From: Squalus acanthias
Lineage: Eukaryota
NCBI GenBank assembly: GCA_030390025.1
Contig: CM059432.1
Span: 111,292,001-111,356,000, forward strand
Direction of reading: 5' to 3'
Length of the DNA: 64,000 bases
This document shows, in pieces, positions 36,041 to 48,605 of this stretch. Below the pieces are notes generated by a model. The model had not been told where the DNA came from and did no database searches. It worked only from the letters and a program-made list of their open reading frames with translations. Positions within the stretch are counted from its first letter, which is position 1. Every line of letters starts with the position of its first letter. The translations under genes and the position numbers were made by a program.

Positions 36041-38109
36041 TCTTCTGAGGCCTTCATTTACCATCCGAAGCCTTGCATGCATCCAGCAGCACTCTATGCA
36101 CTCCCTGCACACTTAAGAAACTTTTAACATATATTGCACCAAGCCACAACTTCAATAAAATTTTAAAAATCCAGTCCAAAAGCTTAAATGTAAACTTAGC
36201 TGAAAGATGTGTGTATCCCTTTAAGAAGTGCTGACAGCATCTCTGTCAGTCTGCTGAATGTTGGCTTTTCAGAGCGAGCTTAGGACCCCACACTAAACTC
36301 AACGCTAAGGTCGAAGTTCACAGAGCCTGACGTTAACGTAGCATTGCATGCCGACTGACGTCACTCTCTGACCATTTGCATCTCCAAAGCCAGCACTGCT
36401 ATAGGCAGCGCTAAGACGCTCACCAAAATGGTGGCCACCGAGTCCCGTGCCAAAGAAGGGCGTTAGAGGGCCGGCCGCCATTTTTCTCCAGGATAGCCAC
36501 ACAAATGGGTGGCTCTAAGGTAGCCCAATTTTGAGGGCATGGGCTCCAAGCTCCACGCAAAACCCCATGCCATGTTGGCACCAGACTACTCCATGCTCCT
36601 TGACAGTAACAAAAGGCTCTCTGGCAGGCCTGCCATTGCACCAAGCATTTCCGGATGCATGCCCATCACCCTTCTTCTGAAGGCTGCCCCATCGAAGTCT
36701 TCCTCTGAGTCCTGTGCAGCTGAACTTGTGTGCAACTTCACCCTCCGGGGAGCTGGCCCCCAAGTTACCCTTTCCCCCTGGCCTGGCTGCAGCCCACTCA
36801 TGCCCAGTAACTGACCATGTGCAGATTCCGACTCTATACTTCGCGCAGTGCCATTTTCTGAGCTGGTGTCTGGGATTGTCAGATCGATTGATGGTACCTC
36901 TTCTTCTCCATCACTCTCCTCTACTTCTTCTTGCATAGGCTGTACTGGTGGGAGTTCTTGAGTATCTGAAAGGAGAAAGGCACAAGTGTAGGGTTTTGGT
37001 GCGGGGTGGGGTGGAAAGTCAGATGAGCATGCTTACACCATCAGCACTTTGTAAGTGAGAAGAGATTGTGCGATGAGGGGGAAGTCGGATGTGAGAAGAA
37101 GGATTAGGTATCAGCATACCATCATCATCAATGTTTTCAGCCTTGCTGATCATCACAGCCTCAGTGACAGCCCCTCCAATGATCTCCACCACAGTCTCCT
37201 CCAGCTGCATTAGGTTCTGCGGCCGTACTTGGTCCCTGTCTGTTTGTTCCTGCTCGCATCGGTTGTGAGTCACCTTGGCATGCAAGAGAAAGGAAAGTGT
37301 GTAAGTGAGTGTGGTACAATGTGTTTGGGTGATGTGCCTCTCATAGTTGAATAGCTGACATTGTATGCACGGTGTGAGATGTGGGTGTGATGCTTGCAGC
37401 AGTTGTAAGTGTGTGAGGGTGAGGTGAAGCTATGATTGTGAGGTATGAGTCATGATTGCTAGAGATTGTTGGTAGGTGAGTGCTGGGGGTGTGATGCATT
37501 GAACAGTGTGTGAGGCTAGTGGTGCAGTTGGTGGGAGACGGCATTTGACGATGCATTCACTGACATTGACCACTCGTGTGAGGTCATTAAAACTTCTTGC
37601 AGCACTAGATCCATGTCCTGAGGTAAAGACTGGTAGCACTGACCGCTTTTGTGATCTCATCCCACTGCCTTCGCACAGTGTGTCTGGAAGGCCTCCTGTC
37701 CCCTGTGGGTAGAGGACCTGTCTCCTCCTGTACACTCCCTGTGCCAAGGCCTCCAGTGCTGCATTGGAGAACTGAGGCGCCCTTTCTCTGTCCTGTTGAA
37801 ACATAGCTCCAGCTCCAGTCAGAATGAGGTACTTCTCTCACAAAGCACCTCCCCTTTAAGAAGTGCAGACAGCCTTTCACTCTGCAGGCAACCTTTAAAT
37901 AGAGAGCAGATTCCACCTGATATTGGGCCCCCTGTTGAGCGCTGAGCCAACCAGCACCGTGTTTAGCGCTGGGCTCTTGCTCTGCAATCATGGTAATTAG
38001 CAGGCAGCATAAATTTCGCGTACTGCCAGTGCTACTTTCAACAGGTGCGGGAAGGTCGCACATCGCAATCCCCACATCCGTTTTCGGGCCTTATGCAATT
38101 TAGCCCCCA

Positions 38110-38450
38110 CATGTTCACCATAGTTTTAGTGCTGATGTTTTAGCTCCTCTGACACATTTTTCTTTCTTCCATCTCCATCATTTCTTAACGTGCGCAGGAA
38201 TGTGCGTGTCTCTTGAATTCACTGATCAACATTCATGTGCAGGATTTCAGCTCCAGTGCTCATGTTTCCTTGATATTGATATTCCGTCTGATACACTTCA
38301 CCTTTTCATTGAAGCTTGATGTTCTAATTTGTAGTTTGTGCACTGCTTCTGCTATCAATACAATATCATCAGCACAATCCAGCTCGATTAAATCTCTGTC
38401 ATTTACCATTTTATTCACAGCTGTTTCCATCTAACTATCTTGTCAAATCC
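38110..38450 (-). mobile_element. Old RTE-like LINE RT remnant
   Basis: ELDCADDIVL (cf. DLDFADD) followed by INIKET-like peptide. Confidence 0.45.
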
Positions 38451-38764
38451 CCAGTCTGACTCAGCTACAAACAAGAACAGTGAAGTAATAAAACTGCCTT
38501 TCACAAGCTTGTCAGATATTTAGCCATCTGCTTTTCTTTATGTGCTGGGTATATTTACACGCGCCCAGAGCCAACAGGGTCCTTCTTTACATATGCCTGT
38601 TGTGGCCCTCATCATTGAGACCCGACTGTAATTTTAACTCAGGCCAGAGTGGGGGATCCACCTGGAGTTAAAATCGGGGCCAATGGAACATGAAAGTGGT
38701 TGAATTGCCAGGACCTTGAAAACATCATGCTGCAGGTAGATAAATAAATGATTTCCCTCATTTT

Positions 38765-41265
38765 TAAAAAATTCATTCAGGGGATGTGGGCCTCACTGGC
38801 AAGGCCAGCATTTATTGCCCAGCCCTAATTGCCCTTGAGAAGATGGTGGTGAGCTGCCTTCTTGAGCCGCTGCAGTCCGTGTGGTGAAGGCGCTCCCACA
38901 GTGCTGTTAGGGAGGGAGTTCCAGGATTTTGACCCCTTTATCATGGAGGGAAAGTCATTGATGAAACAGTTGAAGATGGTTGGGCCTAGAACACTGCCCT
39001 GAGGAACTCCTGCAGCAATGTCCTGAGGTTGAGATGAATGGCCTCCAACAACCCCAACCATCATCCTTTGCGCTAGGTATGACTCCAGCCAATGGAGAGT
39101 TTTCCCCCTGATTCTAATTGACTTCAATTTTACTAGGGCTCCTTGATGCCACACTCGGTCAAATGCTGCCTTGATGTCAAGGGCAGTCACTCTCACCTCA
39201 CCTCTGGAATTCAGCTCTTTTGTCCATGTTTGGACCAAGGCTGAAATGAGGTCGGGAGCAGAGTGGTCCTGGCGGAACCCAAACTGGGCATCAGTGAGCA
39301 GGTTATTGGTGAGTAAGTGCCACTTAGTAGCAGAGTCGACTGCACCTTCCATCACTTTGCTGATGATTGAGAGTAGGCTGATGGAGCGGTAATTGGCCAG
39401 ATAGGATTTGTCCTGCTTTTTGTGGACAGCATATACCTGGGTAATTTTCCACATTGTCGGGTAGATGCCAGTGTTGTAGCTGTACTGGAACAGCTTGGCT
39501 AGAGGCGCGGCTAGTTCTGGAGCACAAGTCTTCAGCATGACAGCTGGGATGTTGTCAGGGCCCATAGCCAGTGCGCTCAGCCGTTTCTTGATATCACATG
39601 CCATTAGTCGAATTAGCTGAAAACTTGGTTTTGTGATGGTGGGGACCTCAGGAGAAGGCCGATATGGATCATCCACTCAGCACTTCTGGCTGAAGATGGT
39701 TGCAAACACTTCAACCTTGTCTTTTGCACTCACGTGCTCGGCTCCTCCGTCAGTGAGGATGAGGATTTTCATGGAGCCTCCTCCTCCCGTTAGTTGTTTA
39801 ATGGTCCACCACCATTCATGACTGGATGTGGCAGGACTGCAGAGCTTTGATCTGATCCATTGATTGTGGGATCACTTAGCTCTGTCTATAGCATGCTGCT
39901 TCCACTGTTTAGCATGTATGTAGACCTGTGTTGCAGCTTCCCTAGGTTGGCAGCTCATGTTTAGGTACACCTCGTGCTGCTCCTGGCATGCTCTTCTACA
40001 CTCCTCATTGAACCAGGGTTGGTCCCCTGGCTTGATGGCAATGGTAGAGTGAGGGATATGCCGGGCCATGAGGTTACAGATTGTAGTGGAATACAATTCT
40101 GCTGCTGCTGGTGGCCCACAGCCTCATGAATGCCCAGTTTTGAGCTGCTAGATCTGTTTTGAATCTATCCCATTTAGCACGGTGGTAGTGCCACACAACA
40201 CGATGGAGGGTGTTCTCAGTGTGAAGACGGGACATCGTCTCCACAATGACTGTGTGGTGGTCACTGCTACCAATACTGTCAGGGACAGATGCATCTGCGA
40301 CAGGTAGATTGGTGAGAATGAGGACAAGTAGGTTTTTCCCTTGTGTTGGTCCTCTCACCATCTGCTGCAGGCCCTGTCTGGTAGCTATGTCCTTCAGGAC
40401 TCGGCCAGCTCGGTCAGTAGTGGTGCTACAGAGCCACTCTTGGTGATGGACGTTGAAGTCCCCTACCCAGAGTACATTCTGTGCTCTTACTGCCCTCAGT
40501 GCTTCTTCCAAGTGGTGTTCAACATGGAGGAGTACTGATTCATCAGCTGAGGGAGGGCAGTATGTGGTAATCAGCAGGTTTCCTTGCCCATGTATGACTT
40601 GATAGCATGAGACTTCATGGGGTCTGGAGTCAATATTGAGGACTCTCAGGGCCACTCCTTCCCAACTGTATACCACTGTGCTGCCACCTCTCGTGGGTCT
40701 GTCCTGCCGGTGGGTCAGGACATACCCAGGGATGGTGATGGAGGAGTCTGGGACATTGGCTGAAAGGTATGATTCTGTGAGTATGACTATGTCAGGCTGT
40801 TGCTTGACTAGGCTGTGGGAGAGCTCTCCTAATTTTGGCACCAGATGTTGGTGAAGAGGCCTTTGCAGGGTCGACTGGGCTGGGTCTGCCTTTGTTGTAT
40901 CCGAATCTGGTGCCTACGCCGATGCCGGGTGGTCAGTCTGGTTTTATTCTTATTATTGTTTTCGTAGCAGTTTGTTACAACTGAGTGGCTTGCTAGGCCA
41001 TTTCAGAGGATAGTTAAGAGTCAATTACATTGCTGTGGGTCTGGAGTCACATATAGGCCAGACCGGGTAAGATTCCCTCCCTAAAGGAGTTTAGTGAACC
41101 AGAGGGGTTTTCACGACAATCCAGTATTGTGATATTGTGATAGTAGCTTTTTTCCAGTAACTGAATTTAAATTCCACTGCTGGGAATTTGAACTCAGGTC
41201 TCTGGATCATTAGTCCAGGCCTCTGGATTACTAGTCCAGTAACATGACCACTATGCTACTGTCCC
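38765..41265 (-). mobile_element. Second long copy of the tRNA-headed single-ORF LINE, with an internal deletion of the RT C-terminus
   Basis: 5' GGGACAGTAGCATAGTGG (A box) ... GAGTTCAAATTCCC (B box); EN ORF 40074-40841 and RT ORF 38825-39676 fuse NDFPSMI to KGSKSWNSLP. Confidence 0.9.
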
Positions 41266-41292
41266 TGTTATCACAGTGATGTGAATAAGTTA

Positions 41293-42047
41293 GGTGTAGA
41301 GATTTGTTATGGCCCATTTTCGGGTGCGTCACTAACAGTCAGAAGGCCCGAGGCGTGCCCTAAATTGGGCCTCATTTCAATAGTTTGGGCAAGCTGCCAG
41401 AACCTGCCGGGACTCCAGATGCAGCATACCCATTTCCAAGGGATCAATGTCAGCCCCCCTGTCTCACCAGCTGAGGCCATCAGGTCAGTCTTGGGAGTGA
41501 GAGTGAAGATAACATGGGGAGTGCCAATTTCCAGCCAGCAGCAGCCTTCAGCAGTTTTACTTACCTTTTGGTAATGGCCACTCGCCAGGCACATCCAGGA
41601 CAAGAAAACCTGAGCCCGGCGCCTGCTCCACGCAGGGCAGCCCAATATGGCAAAGGGGTCCAAGCGGTTGTTAGGCCCCTTGCATATGTTAACGCCTGTT
41701 TTAGGTGACCCCAAGAGATGCCTGAAAAATCATCTGACCCTATATAGGGTTGGCGTATTTCAGGTGTGCTTACGACATAGCCCAGCATAATTGTTACTTT
41801 TTGCCCCCTTTTTTCTGCTTGGAAACAGGTGCAACGAGGAGCAATTGCGACCCCATAATCTCTGCATTCAGCAGGGTGGAGTTGTGAGGGCATAATTGCT
41901 GGGAAATACGTCAAATGGCAATTTTTCCTCACGGCATATTATAAGGGGCATATTATGCGATGTCCCACAAATCAGCTGAAGATTATGTCAGCTGGAAAAA
42001 AGGGAAGGGACCCAACGTAACTTAGGCTCACCCCAAATTCTGCCCCC
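41293..42047. mobile_element. Degenerate Harbinger-type MITE
   Basis: Ends GGTGTAGAGATTTG / CAAATTCTGCCCCC; GC-richer than its flanks; TSD not resolved. Confidence 0.5.
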
Positions 42048-42159
42048 ACCTGCTCAAGTTATGCTAGTTTCCCATCATAGCCTGAGAGGAAATGTCAGTG
42101 TCGCATTCATTCATTTTCACCATGCATTTCAAATTAGAGGCAACAAAAAAGCTGCAACT

Positions 42160-45100
42160 ATAGAATCATAGAATGGCTACAGAACGGAAGGAGGCCATTC
42201 GGCCCGTCAAGCCCGTGCCGGCTCTCTGCAAGAGCAGCTCAGTTAGTCCCACTCCCCCGCCCTTTCCCAGTAGCCCTGCAAATTTTATTTCCTTCAGGTA
42301 CTTATCCAATTCCCTTTTGAAAGCCACGATTGAGTCTGCTTCCACCACCCTTTCAGGCAGTGCATTCCAGATCCTAACCACTCGCTGAGTAAAAACGTTT
42401 TTCCTCATGTCGCTTTTGGTTCTTCTGCCAATCACCTTAAATCTGTGTCCTCTACTTCTCGACCCTTCCGTCAATGGGAACAGTTTCTCTCTATCTACTC
42501 TGTCCAGACCCCTCATGATTTTGAACACCTCTATCAAATCTCCTCTCAATCTTCTCTGCTCTAAGGAGAACAACCCCAGCTTCTCCAGTCTATCCACATA
42601 ACTGAAGTCCCTCATCCCTAGAATCATTCTCGTAAATCTTTTCTGCACCCTCTCTAAGGCCTTCACATCCTTCCTAAAGTGCGGTGCCCAGAATTGGACA
42701 CAATACTCCAGTTGAGGCCGAACCAGTGTTTTATAAAGGTTCATCATAATTTCCACACTTTTGTACTCTATACCTCTATTCATGAAGCCCAGGATCCCAT
42801 AACCTTTTTTAACTGTTTTCTCAAACTGCCCTGCCACCTTCAACGATTTGTGAACATATACCCCTAGGTCTCTCTGTTCATGCAACCCCTTTAGGATTGT
42901 ACCCTTTAGTTTATATTTCTTCTCTTCATTCTTTCTACCAAAATGTATCACTTCGCACTTTTCTCCATTAAATTTAATCTGCCACGTGTCCGCCCATTCC
43001 ACCAGCCTGTCTATGTCCTCTTGAAGTCTATCACTATCCTCCTCACTGTTCACTATATTTCCAAGTTTTGTGTCATCTGCAAATTTTTAAATTGTCCCCT
43101 GAACAGATACATAGATACATAGAAGATAGGAGCAGGAGTAGGCCATCCGGCCCTTCGAGCCTGCTCCGCCATTTAATGAGATCATGGCTGATCCTCCAAT
43201 TCAGTATCCCGTCCCCGCCTTCTCTCCGTAACCCTTAACCCCTTTTGCCTGTAGAAATATATCTAATTCCCTCTTAAATATATTTAATGAGCTGGCGTAC
43301 ACTGCCCTCTGTGGCAATGAGTTCCACAGGTTCACCACCCTCTGAGTGAAGAAATTCCCCCTCATTTCTGTCCTAAATGGTTTAGCCCTTATCCTTAAAT
43401 TATGTCCTCTAGTTCTGTTCTCACCCGCCAAGGGAAACATTCCTTCTGCATCTAGTCTGTCTAGACCTGTCAGAATTTTATACACTTCTATGAGGTCCCC
43501 TCTCAATCTTCTAAACTCCAGTGTGTACATCCCTAAACTACATAGTCTCTCCTCATAGGTCAATCCCGCCATTCCTGGTATCAGCCTGGTGAATCGCCGC
43601 TGCACCCCCTCCATGGCAAGAACATCTTTCCTCAGATGAGGCGACCAAAACTGTACACAGTACTCGAGGTGTGGTCTCACCAGTGCCCTGTACAGCTGCA
43701 GCAAGGTATCCCTGTTCCTGTATTCCAACCCTTTTGCTATGAAGGCCAGCATACCGTTTGCCTTCTTGACCGCCTGTTGCACCTGCATGCTCGCCTTCAG
43801 TGACTGGTGTACAAGAACACCCAGGTCTCTCTGTACTTCCCCCTCTCCCAATTTATTGCCATTTAAATAATAATTTGCCCTCCCGTTCCTGCACCCAAGG
43901 TGGATAACTTCGCACTTGTCCACATTATAGTGCATCTGCCATTTATCCGCCCAATCACCCAGTCTGTCCAAATCGCTCTGGAGCTTCCTGGTCTCCTCCT
44001 CTGAGCCCACCCCCCCTCCTAGTTTAGTGTCGTCTGCAAATTTGGAAATGCTGCATCCGACTCCCTGATCCAGGTCATTAATGTAAATTGTGAACAGCTG
44101 GGGACCCAGGACAGATCCCTGTGGTACCCCACTTGTTACTGCCTGCCATTCAGAAAATGAGCCGTTTATTCCAACTCTCTGTTTTCTATCTGACAGCCAG
44201 TTCTCTATCCACGTCAATACTTTCCCCTTTATCCCATGAGCTTCAATTTTCCATGCTAATCTTTTATGTGGGACCTTGTCGAAGGCCTTTTGGAAGTCCA
44301 GGTACACCACATCTACTGGCTCTCCCCCATCTATTTTACCAGTTACTCCCTCAAAAAATTCCAATAGATTAGTCAAGCACGATTTACCCTTTGTAAATCC
44401 ATGTTGACTCTGTCCTATCCTGTCCCCATTTGCTAAGTGCTCCGCTATTTCATCCTTAATGATGGACTCCAGCATTTTGCCCACAACTGATGTAAGGCTT
44501 ACAGGTCTGTAATTACCTGCTTTTTCCCTACCCCCCTTTTTAAATAGTGGGGTAACGTTAGCTACCCTCCAATCCATGGGCACTGTTCCCGAGTCTAATG
44601 AATTCTGAAAAATCATACTTAGTGCATCCGCTATCTCTAGGGCCACCTCCTTCAGTACCCTAGGATACATGTTATCAGGCCCTGGGGATTTGTCCGCCTT
44701 CAATCCCTTTAGCTTCCTTAACACCATATCCTTAGAGATATTGATTTGCGTCAGTTCCTCCTTTGCCAATGTCCCTATTTTTCCCGATATCACAGGGAGG
44801 TTTTTTGTGTCTTCCTTCGTAAAGACTGACCCAAAGTATGCATTTAGTTGGTCTGCCATTTCCTTATTTCCCGTTATATATTCCCCCGTATCTGACTGCA
44901 ATGGACCAACTTTGGTTTTCACCAGTCTTTTCCTCTTGATATACTTATAAAAGCTTTAATATATACCAAGTCATTAATATATACCAAGAAAAGCAGTGGT
45001 CCTAGAACCGACCCCTGGGGAACACCAATGTATACCTTCCTCCAGTCCGAAAAACAACCATTCACCACTACTCTCTGTTTCCTGTCACTTAGCCAATTTT

Positions 45101-45552
45101 GTATCCATGCTGCCACTGTCCCTTTTATTTCATGGGATTCAAATTTGCTTGCAAGCCTATTATGTGGCACTTTATCAAATGCATTTTGGAAATCCATGCA
45201 CACCATGTCAACCGCATTGCCCGCATCAACCTTCTCTGTTACCTCATAAAAAAAACTCAATCAAGTTGGTTAAACACGATTTGCCTTTAACAAATCCGTG
45301 CTGGCTTTCCTTAATTATTCCACACTTGTCCAAGTAACTGATAATTTTGTCACTGATTATCGTTTATAAAAGCTTCCCCACTACTGAGGTTAAACTGTCC
45401 GGCCTATAGTTGCTGGGTTTATCTTTACTCCCTTTTTTGAACAAGGGTGTAACATTTGCAATTCTCCAGTCCTCTGGCACCACCCCCGTATCTAAGGAGG
45501 ATTGGAAGATTATGGCCAGTACCTCCGCGATTTCTTCCTTCACTTCCCTCAA
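42160..45552 (-). mobile_element. CR1 3' half split by a younger CR1 (42160-43104 + ~44958-45552)
   Basis: ORF 42166-43053 is RT C-terminus; ORF 44919-45260 has [10 protein letters not shown]; tail at ~42160-42200. Confidence 0.88.
43201..44922 (-). CDS. Uninterrupted 573-aa RT region of a 5'-truncated young CR1 (insert ~43105-44957); not a complete gene
   Basis: No stop or frameshift from KTKVGP through [21 protein letters not shown] and KFADD to the natural stop; (CTATGTAT)n tail. Confidence 0.85.
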   Translation of the reverse strand: MKTKVGPLQSDTGEYITGNKEMADQLNAYFGSVFTKEDTKNLPVISGKIGTLAKEELTQINISKDMVLRKLKGLKADKSPGPDNMYPRVLKEVALEIADALSMIFQNSLDSGTVPMDWRVANVTPLFKKGGREKAGNYRPVSLTSVVGKMLESIIKDEIAEHLANGDRIGQSQHGFTKGKSCLTNLLEFFEGVTGKIDGGEPVDVVYLDFQKAFDKVPHKRLAWKIEAHGIKGKVLTWIENWLSDRKQRVGINGSFSEWQAVTSGVPQGSVLGPQLFTIYINDLDQGVGCSISKFADDTKLGGGVGSEEETRKLQSDLDRLGDWADKWQMHYNVDKCEVIHLGCRNGRANYYLNGNKLGEGEVQRDLGVLVHQSLKASMQVQQAVKKANGMLAFIAKGLEYRNRDTLLQLYRALVRPHLEYCVQFWSPHLRKDVLAMEGVQRRFTRLIPGMAGLTYEERLCSLGMYTLEFRRLRGDLIEVYKILTGLDRLDAEGMFPLAGENRTRGHNLRIRAKPFRTEMRGNFFTQRVVNLWNSLPQRAVYASSLNIFKRELDIFLQAKGVKGYGEKAGTGY

Positions 45553-46399
45553 TGCCAAACATAACAGATTTGGTACAAAAAGTGCACGTTTTTTAAGCTG
45601 TAAAAGGCATTAAGTACTAGCTACTCAACAAAGTAGCAACTCTGTTTAGAGCAAATTCTGCTTCAAAACAAGTTTGATCCATCATATGAAGATTTTATCC
45701 AATTAATTTTTACAACTCTAATAGCAAGCTGTTCACTTGTTTGACTTTATTTCAGCTGCAGTACAATCTAGCAATCATTAGTCCTACGGTTTCTGTCATT
45801 AATCAGTCTCTCATCAGTGAGCATGTCACATAACAAAAGCCTCACAATGTTTTAACAGCCTATTAATTGATGAAAGGAAGCATTTGTGGAGACTGCAATG
45901 TCTAGAGCTTTCGAATGAGTCACTTAACTGTTGCCTACTACATTTATACAGCAATGCTGTCACATGAGAGAGGAAGCATTTAGAAAGTGCTGCAGCGTGT
46001 CACAGCCTCTGTGTTATAGCTCTTGGTAATGCAACACAATGCCTCTCTGAATTATAAAAAAATTAGTGTACCTCCTTCACCTGGCTGCATGTATTGAAAA
46101 TATATTACTCGACATGAGACAACTAAGGGGGAGGTCAGACTTACCTTAAAAAATAGAATAACCACTGTTTGTTCACATTGTTATACTTAAGCTGACACAA
46201 TGTGAATGCAGAATCAGACAGATCTGACCTGAACAAATATAAAAGCATCAATTGCAAGTGAACTTGTATATCCTGACATTATATCATGTGTCTGGTGCTG
46301 GATTTGTGCCAATACTGTGTAATTTCAGCATCAAGATTGAAGCATAAAAGTAATAGTTGTGCCTTTGTATATATTTTAAATAGAACCGTTTTAAATAAA

Positions 46400-48040
46400 A
46401 TTTAAGCACAGAAACAGGCCATTCGGCCCAACTGGTCTATCCCAGTGTTCATGCATCACATGAGCCTCCTCCCACCCTACTTCATCTCACCTTATCTGCA
46501 TAACCTTCTATTCCATTCTCCCTCATGTACTTAACTAGCTTCCCCTTAAAGGCATCTATGCTACTCGCCTCAATTACTTCATGTGGCAGCGAGATCCACA
46601 TTCTCACCACTCTCTGAGTAAAGAAGTTTCTCCTGAATTCCTTATTGGATTCATTAGTGACTCTTATATTTATGGCCCCTAGTTTTGGACTCCCCCACAA
46701 GTGGAAACATTTATCTACGTCTACCTTATCAAACCCTTTCATAATTTTAAAGACCTCGATCAGGTCACCTCCCAGTCTTCTCTTTTCTAGAGAAAAGAAC
46801 ATCAACCTGTTCAGTTTTTCCTTATAGTTATAACCTCTCAGTTCTGATGTCATCCTTGTAAATCTTTGTTGCACCCTCTCCAGTGCCTTTATATCCTTCT
46901 TGTAATATGGAGACCAGAACTGTACATAGTACTCTGCTTTTCAATTCTAATCCTTTGGAAATGAGCCCCAGTGCTTTGTTTTCATTTTTATTGCCTTGTC
47001 AACTTGCATTGCTACTTTTAATGATTCGTGAATATGTACCCCAAGATCCATTTTCTCCCCTCCCCCATTTGAACTCTTATTTTCCAAGGAGTAGGTCGCC
47101 TCTTTATTCCTCCTATCAAAATGCACCACCTCACACTTATCTATATTGAAATTCAATGGCCAATTACATGCCCATTCTGCAGGTTTATTGATGTCTTCTT
47201 GTATTTTCTCGCAGTTCTCCTCCATATTAATTATACCCCCCAATTTTGGTGTCATCCACAAATTTTGAAATTGTACTTCTGATTCCCAAGTCCAAATCAT
47301 TTATGTAAATAGTGAACAGCAGTGGTCTCCGCACTGATCCCTCTGCAACACCACTTCCCACCATCTGGCAGTCTGAGTAAATACCTTTAATCCCAACACT
47401 GTTTTTGTTTTGTAGCCAGCTTGTTATCCATTCTGCTACTTGTCCCCTGGCTCCACATGCTCTGACCTCAGTCATGAGTCTACTATGACCTTATTGAAGG
47501 CCTTTCGAAAATCCAAGTATATTACATCTACTACTTACCCTTGTCTACTCTTTCTGTTACTTCCTCAAAGAAATCAGTAAGATTGGTCAAGCAATCCATG
47601 TTGACTACTCTTTATTATATTTCTGGTTTACAGATATTTTTCTATTACATCTATGATTAAAACTTCCATTATCTTTCCTACCACCAACATTAAGTAACTG
47701 GGCTATAGTTCCCTGGGCTTGTTCTATCTCCCTTTTTAAATATTGAAATAACATTAGTTGTCCTCCAGTCCTCTGGCACTATACCATTTTCTATTAATTT
47801 TTTATAAATATATAATAGTGCCTCTGATATCTCTTCCCTCGGTTATTTTGTTATGCGTGGAGGTAACTAGGGGGTTTATCCTTTCTAAGTTTAATTAATT
47901 TATCAATTATCTCCCCCCTTTCTATCTTAAATATCTTGATATCTTTTTGATCTATTCTTCTAATGTCATGTCCACCCTGTAAGTCTCCCTGGTAAGTACA
48001 GAGGCAAAGTAATTATTCAATATTTCTGTCATTTCGCTCT
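46400..48040 (-). mobile_element. Old CR1-type LINE fragment
   Basis: GVAEGSV, KFVDDTK, FFTQRVV motifs with many frameshifts. Confidence 0.8.
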
Positions 48041-48605
48041 AGGGAAGTCTTGTGATTAACATTTTTGAGGGTGAATTTAACAATAATTAAGAAGGATGTC
48101 AGTGCTGGGAAGTAAAGCACTCTCTACGCTTTTGTTATTGTGGCAAAATAAATGTTTACCTGTGTTGGATTTTTTTAAACTTTGAATATTTCTGTATTAC
48201 TAGATTCAGCATGTAAGGGGTTAACTCTCAAAGCTGCACAGAGTAGCCTTTTAACAGTAAACCAGTATGTGTGTTCATTAGATCTTCCACACAATGGCAG
48301 TTCATTTAGCTTCATACAATGGTAATTTTAAGTATTAATTAGTTATCCCAAGGGAGTGAGGTCAATGTTTACAATCTCAAATGTCTCGGGGTTTGTGAGA
48401 AATGGCTCTTTGTGATAGCTGATTGATGGTGCCATTCTATTCCAGGCAATCACTTGGGAGCATCCTGGCCCCATATCAAAGGGTAGGCCCTCATCCCAGC
48501 ACAGTGGCTTTGATTGACAACTATGACTGAGCCTTTTGAAGAAAGGAGAAGGCCGTTGGTTGGGTTGAACCTTCTGTAGTTGACAGCTAAGTGGGCAGAG
48601 ACTCA

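Larger units (their letters stand above)
9787..36537 (+). mobile_element. Inner, internally deleted Harbinger element, split into 9787-10458 and 34994-36537
   Basis: Left TIR GGGCCTAGAAATTGG; TSD CAT (9784-86, 36538-40); Myb exon 1 at ~10220-10445, acidic exon 3 and C-terminus to 35613; convergent transposase C-terminus EEEDAEGR..GQDIRDRIIRLW* at ~35790-35890 (minus). Confidence 0.75.
9290..38108 (-). mobile_element. Outer Harbinger element, split into ~9290-9786 and 36538-38108, with a degenerate 3-exon Myb gene
   Basis: The Myb exon-3 frame ...WGFAWSLEPM (36538) continues as MSSRMEVMGNSV at 9786 across a CAT duplication; exon 1 at 37804-37565 (FSNAALEAL...FNDLTRVV); left boundary approximate. 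Confidence 0.65.

Noticed and set aside
45560..46400. Possible host exon in unique AT-rich sequence (GTAAG donor-like site near 46140)
   Set aside because: No ORF or homology evidence; isolated splice-like motifs are expected by chance
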